From the NCBI RefSeq assembly GCF_006345805.1, contig NC_043013.1:16554001-16618000 (forward strand): DNA of 64,000 bases, given 5' to 3'. Shown piece after piece: positions 12,521 through 44,050 of this stretch. The translations under genes were made by a program, and so were the position numbers. Source of the DNA: Octopus sinensis (Eukaryota). The notes under the pieces were generated by a model that saw only the letters and a program-made list of their open reading frames with translations, was not told the DNA's origin and did not search any database. The first letter of the stretch is position 1. The number at the start of each line of letters is the position of its first letter.

Positions 12521-12555
12521 GTTTCCGACGAAGAGCTCTGCTCGAAACGTCAAAC
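12521..12555 (+). ncRNA. Minimal hammerhead-like motif within a Penelope-type repeat (~12440-12660)
   Basis: GTTT-CCGACGA-A-GAGC(TCT)GCTC-GAA-ACGT-C-AAAC gives stem I, a core with U4->C, stem II, a palindromic ACGT stem III and a GTC triplet. Confidence 0.5.
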
Positions 12556-12859
12556 CCTCCTTCTTCCCATCTTTCCTGAGCGTCCAATAATATTTTATTT
12601 GTTCCACATCTTTGCGTTGTTGTCTTTTTGTTTTCTTGTTTGATTAACTTTATGTATATAATATTTCTATAAACAAACCTGAAAGGCTTTGTAAGTAACA
12701 GAGAGAAAGCTACCATGGAAGACTCGTTGTATAATAATGATTGTATAGTAATATATAATAATGTTTATTCTCCGATTTGAAGGGACAATAGTTAAATATA
12801 AACAAATGGCCAAAAAATGATGAGCAAACGTTTTGGGTTTGTTTATAAAAATATATGTA

Positions 12860-13255
12860 TATTCTTTTACTCTTTTACTTATTTCAGTCATTTGACTGCC
12901 CATACTGGAGCACCGCCTTTAGTCAAACAAACTGACCCGAGGACTTATTCTTTGTAAGACGAGTACTTATTCTATCAGTGTCAGTATCTTTTGCTGAACT
13001 GCTAAGTTATGAGGAGGTAAACACATCAACATCAGTTGTCAAGCAATGGTGGAGGGACTAACACAGACACAGATACACGCACGCACACATACATACACAC
13101 ACATACACGCACACACATATATATACGACGGGCTTCTTTCAGTTTCCATCTACCAAATTCACTCATAAGGCTTTGGTTGGCCTGAGACTATAGTAGAAGA
13201 CACACTGAACCTCGAACCATGTGGTTGTGAAGCAAGCTTCTTATCATGCAGCAAC
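12860..13255 (-). mobile_element. SINE family B, diverged copy
   Basis: Family-B consensus in reverse with many CpG->TpG/CpA changes. Confidence 0.75.
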
Positions 13256-13469
13256 TAAATTTGACTGAAATTGATGGGTGAGCATTTGGCTAATCAGATT
13301 TGCAAGGAGCCATGTAAGTGTCAATTTGCGGGTTCGATTCAGCCTGAGGTTACCTTATCATTTTTTGGTCATTTGTTTATATTTGAAAATTGTTGTTTCC
13401 AATCAGAGAATAAATATTATTATGATATATTATTATGCAGTATATATATATTTATATATATATATATTA

Positions 13470-13514
<45 letters not shown>

Positions 13515-13669
13515 TATACACATACATAGATACATACATACATACATACGTACATGCATACATACATACATACATACATACATACACACACGCACACACA
13601 CACACACATATATATAAATATATATATATATATATATGTACACACATATATATATGTACACATATATAA

Positions 13670-13722
<53 letters not shown>

Positions 13723-14153
13723 TTCTCTCCTTCCACACTGTACAGTAATTGAACAAAAACAGTGATATGGCATCTAAAAATTGTTTGGAATATATAACAA
13801 TATACCAAACTTTATAAACATAATGACAACAGTTATAACTTTTGTTTCTCAGAGAAAATGAACGTGCTATTTTACAAAGGCTCCATCTTGAGTGCCACTT
13901 ATTCAGATGCAATATCTTTTAGTCTTCACAAATCAAAATATTTTTAGAATCCTGTAATAATTTTTTTTTTAATCTATGCTCTAAATTACCAAAACATTTT
14001 TATATTTGACATTATTTTTCAAGCAACTGAACATCTCATACCCTGTACTTATCCAACTGTTTTTATAATTGAATCATAACATATTTATTACACTGCTTGA
14101 AAATTAGTAAAATATTAATAATCACAATCTATATTATTATAGCTTCAAATAAA

Positions 14154-14199
<46 letters not shown>

Positions 14200-14527
14200 A
14201 CGCATAGATCCTTGTGACAAACCAAAATATACTTTGATGAAATCACAAACACTCAGATTTCTTACTTTGAGTTTTTTTTATTCTTAGCGACCTGACCATC
14301 TTCCTATAAGGTTGTCAGTCTACAGAATGATATATACATACATACATATATAGGTATGTGTGTGTGTGTGTGTGTGCACACGCATATATGTGTATGTACA
14401 TATACATATAAATGTTTAAATATATATATATAAATATATATTTATATACATATCAATATATATATTTCTATATAGACATAATAATATATATATTTATGTA
14501 TATATACATACACGCATACATACATAT

Positions 14528-14646
<119 letters not shown>

Positions 14647-14678
14647 CATAATAATATTATATTTATATATATACATAC

Positions 14679-14726
<48 letters not shown>

Positions 14727-14753
14727 TGTGTGTGCGTGTGTATATATATATGG

Positions 14754-14802
<49 letters not shown>

Positions 14803-15161
14803 ATGTGTGTATGTGTGTGTGTATATATATATATTGTGAACTCTTCTCTCTTACACAACAGCTGAGGGTTCCACCATTTCTTGCTGAACGAATGCACAGA
14901 TGATTTGTTTATAGTGATCAAAAGTTTGTGCTATACATTCAAGGTGATCTCAATGTGAAACGAAGTGTTTTGCTGAAGAGCACAACATACTTTCCAATGC
15001 AGGAACTGAAACCACCATCATGAGTGTAACACCCTAATCACTATTTATGCATTTACACACACACACGCACACATATGGATATTTCTTTGTTGCTTTGTTT
15101 CTCTCTCTCTCTCTCTTTTTTTTTTTTGGTGCAGCGAGGAATGTTTTTATTTTTTGTTTTT

Positions 15162-15209
<48 letters not shown>

Positions 15210-15274
15210 TCTCTTAACATCTTTTATATTATAACCAAATTCCACTTAAGAAATGCATCCATGTTTTATTATAA

Positions 15275-32681
<17,407 letters not shown>

Positions 32682-32717
32682 TGTCGTGGTAGTGTTTCTG
32701 GTAGCAGCAGTAGTAAC

Positions 32718-32767
<50 letters not shown>

Positions 32768-33814
32768 GGGGTTAGTGATTTTTATCTTTTTGGTCAGTCA
32801 CTCTAACATGGAGTGTCCCCTTGACTGTGGCAGCGATTTTGGTAATATGTAACTCCAGCCTCCACGCTGCACTAAGGGGAAGGAGTAAATTCCTGGGAAG
32901 TAAAAGAAAAGAGAGAGAAAAAGGTAATAAAATGATTACTCAATAAAGATTTCAGGATAAGAAAAAACATTAAAAATAAAACAAAAAAATGAACCTACGT
33001 AGATCTTACAGGGTCATGAGGTCAGAATGTATTTAGGTTTTCAAGGTGTTTAAGCTTTGAGTGGATGACCCACCTTCACATTTCATCTCTGATTAGGATG
33101 CCACTCGGTCAGAGTTAACCCCCAGGTGTCACTGGTATTCATTTTCAACTGAGTGTACTATAACAATGTGAAATGGAGTATCTTGCTCAAGACACAATAT
33201 GCTGTGCAGCCTGAGATTTGAACTCATGACCTAATGACTGTGGACTCAACACTCAAACCATTATACAATTCATCTCTACATCATCATCATCATCATCATC
33301 ATCATTATCATCATCGTTTAACGTCCGTTTTCCATGCTGGCATGGGTTGGACAGTTCAACCGGGATCTGGGAAGCCAGGAGGCTGCACTAGGCTCCAGTC
33401 TGATCTGGCAGTGTTTCTACAGCTGGATGCCCTTCCTAACGCCAACCACTCCGTGGGTGTAGTGGGTGCTTTTTACGTGCCACTGGCACAGGTGCCAGGT
33501 GAGGCTGGCAACGGCCACGATCGGTTGGTGCTTTTTACATGCCACCGGCACGGAGGCCAGTCGAGGCGGCACTGGAAATGGCCACGTTCAGATGGATCTT
33601 TTTAAAAAGAAAACAGGAATAGATGGTTATTTATTTTACACTGTAAAAAGTAGCAGAGAAGAGCTCAACGTATTTAATTTTAAGCCACACTTTTATGTTG
33701 TAGAATTCAGCCATAACTGGTCCCAAGCCCAGCTGAGAAAGGTGGAGGGTGTTAGGCATAGGGTTAGCAGCTCTGAGCTAAGAATTATCTACTTTGCATA
33801 TACACAAATTAATG

Positions 33815-34470
33815 AAACATGATGAGTAGAAGGGTGAGGAGGAGAGAGAAGAGGCAAAATGGTCTGTCCTAAAATGTCAGACTCACCTCTTCATAATGAA
33901 CAAGCAAGACGCCATTTGAGCGCAATCGGATGGAAGATGCCTGAGATCCTAGAAGATACACACACAGACAGACAGAACATATTTTATATAATAAATCATC
34001 ATCATCATCATCATCATTTAATGTCTGCTTTCCATGCTAGCATGGGTTGGACAGTTTAACTGGGGTCTAGGAAGCCAGGAGGCTGCACCAGGCCCAGTTT
34101 GATCTGGCAGTGTTTCTACGGCTGGATGCTCTTCCTAACGCCAACCACTCCGTGAGTGTAGTGGGTGCTTTTTACGTGCCACCGGCATAGGTGCCAGATG
34201 AGGCTGGCAACGGCCACGACGAGATGGTGCTTTTTACGTGCCACCGACACGAAGGCCAGTCAGGGCTGGCTACGGCCACGTTCAGATGGTTCTCTTATGT
34301 GCCACCGGCACTGGTATCACAGCTACAAATTCCATTGATGTTGATCGATTGCAATATCGCAGTAATAAGCCTCTTATCTCAGATTCTCATAGTTTTTTGC
34401 CAAGTTCTTCAACAGCATTGGGGAGCTCATTAGCATACAGCTGCATAGAGGGTCCTCAACAGCTGAAGCA
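33815..34470 (-). pseudogene. Duplicated, inactivated copy of Abi exon 1 and its donor/intron start, split by inserts
   Basis: 34356-34460 reads LYANELPNAVEELGK(+1 A frameshift)YENLR*EAYYCD. The remaining VHYEE|GTGAGT is at 33887-33901, followed by intron sequence paralogous to 32460-32546. An RTE 3'UTR and a Helitron-like piece fill 33902-34355. Confidence 0.85.
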
Positions 34471-35312
34471 GATACACCTGAGGACAACTGCAATCCATTG
34501 CCAAAGATGGAAATCTTTTGTTGGCACTCTGAGCTCCATATTGACAAAAAAGGAATTAACTGACTAACTTTGTTATAGATGCACACGGCTAAGTGTTTAA
34601 GAAGCTTGCTTCCCAACCACATGGTTTCAGGTTCAGTCTCACTGCATGGAACCTTGAGGAAGTGTCTTCTACTATAGCCTTAGGCTGACCAAAACCTTGG
34701 AGTGGACATGGTAGACTGAAAGAAGCCTCTCTCTCTCTCTCTCTCTCTGTGAAGGAGAGAGAGATTGTGTGTGTGTGCTTATCAAGCCTATCAAGTCCAG
34801 TCACAAGACTTCAGTCTGGTGTGCAGTTATAGAATTGGACACTTGGCTAAGGTTCCACTTAATGTGACTGAACCCAAACCCATGTGCTTCAAAAGCAAAT
34901 TTCTTACCACACAGCCACATGGTAGACAGGTGTGAATATAGAAATATAAATAAATACACTAAATACAATATATTAATTATTAAATGTGCTTATGTTATAT
35001 AAATAGAAGCGCACACATACGCACACACACACACCCAAGAACACACACATACACACACACGCACATATAAATGCCCTCATCAATTTAACATGTGTACCAA
35101 GCAGACAAACAGAAGATAAGGAAATAAGATTATAATCCGGGATAAGAACTTTATTTAGGTCATTTGCAGTAGCACACACGTGTATAAACATACACACACA
35201 CACTCATACACACACATATATATATACATATGCACATATATGTACACATATATGTACATGCATATATATACATATACATATATATATATATAAACATATA
35301 TATATACACACA

Positions 35313-35349
<37 letters not shown>

Positions 35350-36229
35350 ATGTATATATGTAACTGTGTTTGTATGTATGCATATATAAGTGTGTGTATA
35401 TGGGGGGGGGGTGTATATACATATACATATAATACTTACGAATGCACACAGCCAATTTTGGCTCATGGTTGAAGTTGTGGTGGTGGTGGTGGCAGTGATG
35501 TTGGGGTGGTAGTGTTTGTGTGTAATGGTGATGATGGATGGTAGCGATAATCCTTCTCATACTACTGTAACTTATTTAACCAAGTCTATCCCTCCCCTCC
35601 CCCAGCCACCCTTAACCCCTTACACCCAGCTGTAAAAAAAGAGCTGCATCATGGACACAGACAGAACACAAAATCGGAGGCAACACTAGAAAACAGAAAA
35701 GCGATTTGGTGGTTTGTGTTGTGATGTTTAAATCCTTCCTGCAAGGAAAGCAACGTGTGATAGTTTTAACCTGGTTGTAGGCATGGCTGTGTGGTGAAGT
35801 TTACTTTGTTATCATGCTGTTTGGAGTTCAATCTCAACGTGTACTACCTTGAGCAGCTGTTTTCTACCATAGCCTCACACTGGTCAATGCTCGCATCACT
35901 GTCATTGCTGATATTGTCGTCATCACCATCAATGTTTGAAATTCCACTTGTCCATGCTTGCATGAGTCAGAATTTATTGAGGCAGATTTTCTACGGCCAG
36001 ATGCTCTTCCTGTCACCAACCCTGGCCTATTTACAAGCAAGTTAATATTTCCTCGTGGCCAAGACATGTTTTTGTAGAATATGGGAAATGACTGACCAAA
36101 CCATGCCAGCATGGAAAACAGACATTAAATGATGGTGATGATGATGACTGACACTGCTTGTATGAGAATGACACTCATTACTCATTAACAACTATCACAT
36201 GATATCAAGACAAGGAGACACAAAATCAC

Positions 36230-36495
36230 TCTTACTAAGAGTTACTGAAGCATGGAACAAACTGCCAGCATCAGTTGTTAGTTGTTGGAGCACTGCATCC
36301 TTCAAAACTTCCATGCTTCCTGAGATTCGCCAACACTACACCTGATTTCCTCCCCTCCATACACACGCAAGCATGTATCTGATTCATACGCTGTTCACTT
36401 CCCAGACATTTGTACATTACTGCATATGTTTTATACACACTTTTGACAAGTTGTGGTGCACCTGAGCACTGTATACAATAATTTCATTATTATAT
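36230..36495 (+). mobile_element. CR1/L2-type LINE 3' end
   Basis: LRVTEAWNKLPASVV...SFK then UTR and TTA tail. A second copy lies on the minus strand at about 42760-42880. Confidence 0.65.
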
Positions 36496-36999
36496 ATGTA
36501 TATACTTGCATGCTCCTCTGTTGGGACAATGAGGACCATCCAATTATCCTTAGGGACAACTGATGGCTTTCGCAGTGACTTTAAAGTGAAGATGAGTTGC
36601 ACAACGTCAACCTCACTCTCTCATTCATAACAATCTTTATTCTATGGCAAGGCAAGGTCAAGATGACTGGGGATGGAGATGGATGGATGCAATAAATAAA
36701 CAAGATGTCTTACATGCCTCCTCTTATTTTCTGCATCCCACAATGCATTGCTGCAGCTGTCTTCCTCTCAGCTGAACCATGATGGCTTCTTCTGCAGAAT
36801 CTGCCAGATCCATCCATCCATACATCCATACATCCATACATACATCCATACATCCATCCATCCATCCATCCATCCATACATCCATACATACATCCATACA
36901 TACATCCATCCATACATACATACATCCATACATCCATACATACATAGATGCATACATACGTGTGTGTGTGTATATATGCTTATATGTATGTATGTGTAT

Positions 37000-37041
<42 letters not shown>

Positions 37042-37499
37042 ATGTGTGTTTGCAATGAATGAGCTTCTTTCAGTTTTCCTCCACCAAATACACTCACAAG
37101 ACTTTGGTGGTACTTTGATCAGGCCAGAGCTATTGTAGAAGACAACTGCCCAAGGCACCACTGACAGAAAACAATTACTGCTTTGTTTTCATTTTCTTTC
37201 TCCAACTAAAAGGTACATCCCATTGAAGGGATTTTCTTTTGTGCAAATCATTAAGTACATCAACAGCTACCTAAATTAAGAAGGATATGGCACACAATAA
37301 AGGAAAGGATGGAGCACCACAAGAATTGTCAATACCATGGTCTGGAAGCAGTCCTGTGAATTTTGTGCATAGTAGAAGGGACATGCAACAGCAACTACAG
37401 GAGGAGTGTGTGGTCCCGAGTTTCTAGCAGCCCTTTGAAGGGAATTACTGGCCTTTTCCTAAGATGTACATATTGCAGTTCCAAAATGAATGAAGGGTC

Positions 37500-38110
37500 T
37501 AATGGAGATAACTAAATAAAACTTTGGCACCTAAAGAACATTAGAGTGAATAATTTAAATGAAAGACTCGAGAAAGTTTTACCAGGAAATGAACATACAT
37601 GCAAATCTATAGACTCTGTTGTTGATGACTAGGAAATTGTCAACTACCTGGTTGACTTCTCAAACTCACTGGAGACACAAGGAGCTCCCCCTCTTTGCCT
37701 TCCATTGAAAATAGGCACTTCAGTCATGCCTCTGCAGAACTTTTCTCAACCAAAGCTGTGCAATGGCACAAGACTTGTTGTGAAGAAATTAATGAGAAGT
37801 GTCACAGAGGCCACAATAATTTCTGTCTGTAGTAAAGGCAAATATATTTTTATTCTTCACTTCTATTACCTTCCAATATCCTTCCAATTCAAACAACTTC
37901 AATTTCTAAAACGTCTGTTTTTTTGCAATGTTCATTAATAAGTCCCAACATGAGACTTCGAAAGTTACTGCTTTGCAATTAGAGGGGGACCATTTTTCAC
38001 AGTCATTTATATATTTAGGGCTCCTGAATGAGAGCAAGGACAATCTTTTCATTTTTGCCTCTTCTGGTTAAACCCAAAACTTTGAACTGATATTGTCAAC
38101 ATCACACTAT
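37500..38110 (+). mobile_element. Helitron PIF1-like helicase remnant
   Basis: [45 protein letters not shown]...FQFKQLQF matches the recalled [33 protein letters not shown]...F.F.R.QFP, with stops and frameshifts. Confidence 0.85.
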
Positions 38111-38329
38111 ATTCGTCTAGGAAAAAGTTATTTGTATTTTTGTTTGTTGTAATACTTAAGTTCAATAAATTATAGTACATATATGTTTTCCACGAACTTA
38201 TATTTAGTTATCTTGTACTAGACATAAGTCAAGGTCTATGTTATGTTTCCTTCATTTATAGACTGAAATACTAGCGATGATAAATCAGAAGCTTATATAC
38301 ACAAACCTGTAGAATACTTTACTGCTACA

Positions 38330-39040
38330 GAAGCTGAATGAGAAGCAGTAAGAATTGATTATATCAACATCAAAAACAAAGGATGTAATGCTATCAACAG
38401 ATGATATAGATGCAAACTCAGCTGCTGGCCCTGATGGATTCCCAGCAATACTCCTCAAACCATGTAAACGAATCCTTGCAAAAACATTGCAGTGACTTTT
38501 TCAGAGCTTCCTCGCAAATGGTAAGCTCCCAGTCAAACTAAAAGAGGGAATAATATGCCCTATCCATAAAGGAGGAAGCAGAGCAGAAGCTAAAAAATAT
38601 AGGCCTATCTCTGTGACCTCATACATCAGCAAAGTCATGGAACGAATAGTCCGAAGGAAATTAATTGCATTTCTTGAAGAGAATGACTTGCTGACTGATA
38701 CCCAGCATGGTTTTCAACCAGATACAAACTGCTTGCAACAGATCTTGCAGCATTACAACTCAGTGCTAGAGCAGCTGCTCAACAACTCAAATGTGGATGT
38801 GATATACCTCGAGTTTGTAAAAGCCTTTGACAAAGTCAACCATGGTATGATTTGTCGCAAGATCCGAAATCTAGGCATATTTGAAAAACTTGGAGTATGG
38901 CCACATGACTTCTGACTATCTAAAAGACAGAAGTCAGGTAGTGGTGGTCAATGGGGCCACCTCCAAGAAAACACAAATAATGAGTGGTGTTCCACAGGGC
39001 ACTGTCCTGCAGCCACTGCTATTCATAGTGGCCCTCATAT
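38330..39040 (+). mobile_element. CR1-group LINE reverse transcriptase remnant
   Basis: AAGPDGFPAILLK, ICPIHKGGSRAEAKKYRPISVTSYISKVMERIV, QHGF, VDVIYLEFVKAFDKVNH and SGVPQGTVLQPLLF. Confidence 0.88.
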
Positions 39041-39523
39041 TCAATGCAATATAAGTGAATAACTCTTCAATATTCATAGTACAATTTTGGCGGCATTTTT
39101 CAACCCAGTTGATGATAGGTGTTTCTGCTAGTATATATATATATATATACATACATATAAATATATATATACGTATGTATATATTTGTATAGATATATAT
39201 ATTTATATAGTGATTCTACAGAGTGAAGGGAATCAAATAGGTAATTACACAATACATATGTTTCAAAAGACTCACCGAAAGCAGCATATTATATAACTTT
39301 AAGGTGCTACACTGATGTTCAGTGATCCTTCTCTTCAGGTATTTTTCTACTTGTTGCTTACAAGTCCACTGTCCAATATATAGCAACTTTTGATTAAATA
39401 TCTTTATTGATTGGTTATCATCCACTTCATGTTATCTACACAAACTTTGTCTATGCTTGAGGTAAACCAGCTATTTGTACCATGACCATAATTATTTCTC
39501 ATTACTTTACTATATGCATTTGA

Positions 39524-39557
<34 letters not shown>

Positions 39558-39700
39558 CAGAGAAAGAGAGAGGGAGGAGGGAGAGAGAGAGAGTGAGTAC
39601 TCATATACACATTTTTGTATTTGTGTGTGCATATATAATAATACTGTCCTTATTTAAATCTTATAGCCCTCAGCTGCTTTTCTCTCTCTCTATCTATCTA

Positions 39701-39805
<105 letters not shown>

Positions 39806-39834
39806 ATCTCACTCACTCACTCTTTCTCTCCCTT

Positions 39835-39957
<123 letters not shown>

Positions 39958-40604
39958 GTCTGCCTGTCTGTCTGTCTATCTATCTGTTTCTTTTGACACA
40001 TCCCCATCACATCTTTGCTTCATTCCCTCAGTTTCACTGCTCCCACCCGTGTCTGCTCCTCCCCTATTCTTTACACCACCCTATCTCACCCCCAGGCTAA
40101 CCAACCTACAATAATGTCATTGATAACTCAAACATACATCAACACAGTTACACAAACACGCACATACACATAATGTCCACACACAGATACATGACCCTCT
40201 CTGTTGACACAGGGACACCCCCACCCCCACTGTCAGTGGACACACACACACACACATACACACATGCACAAGCATGCTCATACACACACTCATACACATG
40301 TACACATGCTTATACAACAAAATGTCCTCTTCCCAATTCAACGATGTTTGCACAAATGCTCAACTTAAGGTCTTTATCTTATACAGAGGCAACCTGATAT
40401 TATTATAGATACATCCTTATCTACGATATCCTCTTCCGGCTCCACCAAGATTAGTCCACAAGTAAGTGAATGCTATTCACTCAACAACACTAGCCAATAT
40501 ACAGAGCTATGTGTGTGGGTGGACGTATGTGTGTTTAGTGTGTCTTATGTGTACAGAGAGAGGTATAACTGCTACCGTTAAGCTTAAAGCTCCATGTTCC
40601 TTTA

Positions 40605-40910
40605 TTTATTTTTTCCTTCTCGAGCCATGCCTGGCTCATAAGGGCCAGTTTCCCTGGTTTCCTTGGCATATAGGTTCCCCACCTGGACGGGACACCGGTC
40701 CGTCGCAGGTGAGCTGCAAAATGCAGGAGGAAAGAGTGAGAGAAAGTTGTGGCAAAAGAGTCAGCAGAAGTTCGCCATTACCTTCTGCCGGAGCTGCGTG
40801 GAGCTTAGGTGTTTCGCTCATAAACACACACATCGCCCAGTCTGAGATTTGAACCCGCGATCCCTCGACTGCGAGTTTGCTGCTCTAACCACTAGGCCAT
40901 GTGCCTCCAC
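40605..40910 (-). mobile_element. SINE family C (tail type 1)
   Basis: Head GTGGAGGCACATGGCCTAGTGGTTAGAGCAGC...GGTTCAAATC, body GCGAAACACCTAAGCTCC...CAACTTTCTCTCACTCT, tail TGCGACGGACCGG... Confidence 0.8.
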
Positions 40911-42378
40911 TTAGAGTTACATGTACATTATAATCACCCAGTTTGCTTCCAAAAGGTAGTTAAGCAACAACTATACTCAGCAGTGTTACTAGTTTATTTC
41001 ATATAATTTGCCATTTAGGCATTTACAAAGAGGGGACAAACAAGGACAAACACAAAGGGTGAAGTAGCTTTACAAGGTTAAAAGTTTCGAATTAAATTAT
41101 GGATGAGATTATAAACAATGAATTTTACCAAGACAATGTTTAAAAACATTACTTAATGATCATGTGGAAGGACAGACACCCAGCCATCACAGAACAAATG
41201 TAGAAGAAATTGGGATAAACACAAGTTTACTCTTTACTCTTTTACTTGTTTCAGTTATTTTACTGTGGCCATGCTGGAGCACCGCCTATAGTGTGTGTGT
41301 GTGTGTGTCATTACTCAGTTTCATTTCAAGACCTGCCAATAGAGAAAAAGCCAATCTCCAACTTAGATCCTAGGCTCCTTCATTGGAATTTCAACATCAA
41401 CAGGGTATTTTTGTATGTATATATGTGTGTATATATGCAGGTTTGTATGTTTTGTTTTATGTATGTATTCTCATGTTTTGTTTTATGTATGTATTCTCAT
41501 GCTTATAGCTGCATGATACTTAAATGATAAACTTCTGGAAAGTTTTGCAGATTCTTACAGTTCCAGTTATGGATTGGATCTGTGGTCTTCAAATCAGCTT
41601 TCTCCTTCCTGGTTTTGATAAACCTAATTTCCACAAGATTGGTGTGTGTGTGTGTGTGTATTGTGTTTCTGTTTGTCACCCCCACCCCTTGATGCCTGGT
41701 GATGGTTTGTTCAATCCAGACTGAGCACTTATGATCATAGGTATTCCAGTTGTGATTATCCCATCATTATAGGGGTGAATAGACATCTACATTATCCACC
41801 ATTGTGGGCACCCATTTGTTTGATGCTTGGCAATATTAGTGATAAAAGGAAAAAAAAACATGACTAGGGCACTTTGCACTATTTTATACTTTTTAAGGTA
41901 TAAAATAAATAAATAAATAAATAAATGTAGAAAATTGTTTACCTTGTTTGACCAAATGGTTAAGAAGTTTGCTTCGCAGCCATGAGGTACCAGGTTAAAT
42001 CCCACAGAATGGCATTTTGAACAAATGTCATTTTCTAAAGCTTCAGGTTGACCTATACCTTCTGAGTGAAATTGGGCTGACAGATGGAAATTGTATGGAA
42101 GCCTGTCTGGTGGACTATACCTATAATTCAAAAAGTAGAACTTTATTACACACTGAGTCACACTGATTCTTTCTGAGAATTATATTGAAGGTACACATGT
42201 CTGAGGAATACTCAGCCACTTACATGTTAATTAAGGGCAGGAAAGTCAGTTGATCAAATATTTGCATCTTCGTTGTTGAATGACAGAGATATATCACCAT
42301 TAATCATACTAGTAGCATATTTTTCAAGATGCTCTGGTATTAATTATCATGATAATAATGAGCTCATTGTATGATATA

Positions 42379-42594
42379 TGAGGGGGTGCCGAAAAATTCT
42401 TGGCTTTAAAGGTATCGTGAAAGGCCTGGTTGGAGCCCCAAATTTCTGAGTTTTTTTGCTGGGCTTAGAAAAACTGAAGGACCACTGCAACAACTGTGTG
42501 AATCTGAGAGGGGAATATGTTGATTAAAATCATAATTAACTGATTCTCCAGTATTTTCTTTTACCCAAAGTCAGGAACTCTTCAGCACCGCTCA
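42379..42594 (+). mobile_element. Mariner-derived MITE with ~29-bp TIRs and TA duplication
   Basis: TA|TGAGGGGGTGCCGAAAAATTCTTGGCTTT ... AAAGTCAGGAACTCTTCAGCACCGCTCA|TA. The interior keeps the transposase end NCVNLRGEYVD*. Confidence 0.8.
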
Positions 42595-43215
42595 TACAGT
42601 GCTCAGGTGCACTACAACTCATCAGAAAAAGTTTAAGAGGGGACAGAAATAAAGAATGACAGCAATGAAATCCAAAAAGTCCATGCACAGTACACAGAAT
42701 AAAAGACAGGAAAGTGAACATTAATAAAAGTCATAAAAAGGAAAGGGTACGTAAGCATATCAGAAGTAGCGTTGACGAATTTTGGGAAGTACGGAATTTT
42801 TTGAAGGAAGCAGTATCTTGACAGTTAATAAGTAGTTTCTTCCATGCTTCAACAATTCTGAGCATGAAAAATTGTCACGGGTGTTGTTTTACATTTCATA
42901 ATCATGTCTATGTGTGGTGGAGGTATTAAATGTTAAAAAAGGAGGTGGCCAAAGTTGTAGGAAATATGAATATACAAAAGAAATACTTCAGCAAAGAGCA
43001 ACAAATACAATACAAACAGGTAGGAAGGTAGATAGATAGATAGATAGATAGATTGTGACTTTCTCTTATGTGAGCTGCTCGATATCAAAGCATTAATGTG
43101 TCAATGCCTAGAGAAGCAATATGATGAAGATACAGCAAGTAATTGACAGAAGGTATTCGTCTGGTTGCCCTGTCTCCGGATGTCTTCCAGTAAATCAATA
43201 TTCTGAAAAAGATGG

Positions 43216-43448
43216 AGGGCAGTGAGCTGGCAGAATCGTTAGCATGTCGGGCAAAATGCTTAGCGGTATTTCGACTGCCGTTACGTTCTGTGTTCAAATT
43301 CCGCCGAGGCCGACTTTGCCTTTCATCCTTTCGGGGTTGATTAAATAAGTACCAGTTACGTACTGGGGTTGATGTAATTGACTTAATCCCTTTGTCTGTC
43401 CTTGTTTGTCCCCTCTATGTCTCGCCCCCTGTGGGCAATAAAGAAAGA
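43216..43448 (+). mobile_element. SINE family A with 19-bp TSD
   Basis: AATATTCTGAAAAAGATGG at 43197-43215 and 43449-43467. Confidence 0.9.
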
Positions 43449-43882
43449 AATATTCTGAAAAAGATGGGTTTCCAGACCGCATATGCAAAGTAATTATTTT
43501 AGATTTTCTAAAACCTAAATCATACTCGTTTTAATCAATGACAGGGTAGGTTACAAAAAAGTGTTAAGGTGCACTTAAATTCACCTCGTAGGGTATCATC
43601 GAGGATGATACATCTAATGTATTTATTAAAATTTTTCCATTCTACCTTGTCTTTTTATATTCATCACTTTCATAATATATATTTCTAATGCTTATGCAAA
43701 CCTCTCACCTTTTTTTCACGGATCCTTCCTCTTCTTACCTCTTCTCCCTTTTCAATCTCTTTCTCTGTTCCCACTCCTGTCATGTTCCCTTCCTCCCTCC
43801 CAGAATACCTTAATTGCACTTTCCTCCACCACCGAATATTTTTCAACAATTTTTTTTTTCATTCCTAAATCTTTTTATCTCT

Positions 43883-43920
43883 GTCTTATGATGAAGAACT
43901 AACATCTGAAACGTCAAGGC
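43883..43920 (+). ncRNA. Minimal hammerhead-like motif, diverged copy
   Basis: GTCTT-ATGATGA-AGA(ACTAACA)TCT-GAA-ACGT-C-AAGGC; stem I GTCTT/AAGGC; core C3->A. Confidence 0.4.
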
Positions 43921-44050
43921 ATTTCCCCTTCCTTTTAAGCATTAAACTAATATGCCATTCGTTAAAACTTGTTTCTCTCATATTGTTTCCTCCTTTTGCT
44001 CATAGCCTTCTTAACATACATGCATATGTATATGTATGTGTGTGTACATA

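Noticed and set aside
43050-43215. LLEDIRRQG...SSSYC minus-strand peptide as an Abi-like exon
   Set aside because: It has an in-frame stop and no donor, and the real exon 1 was identified elsewhere.
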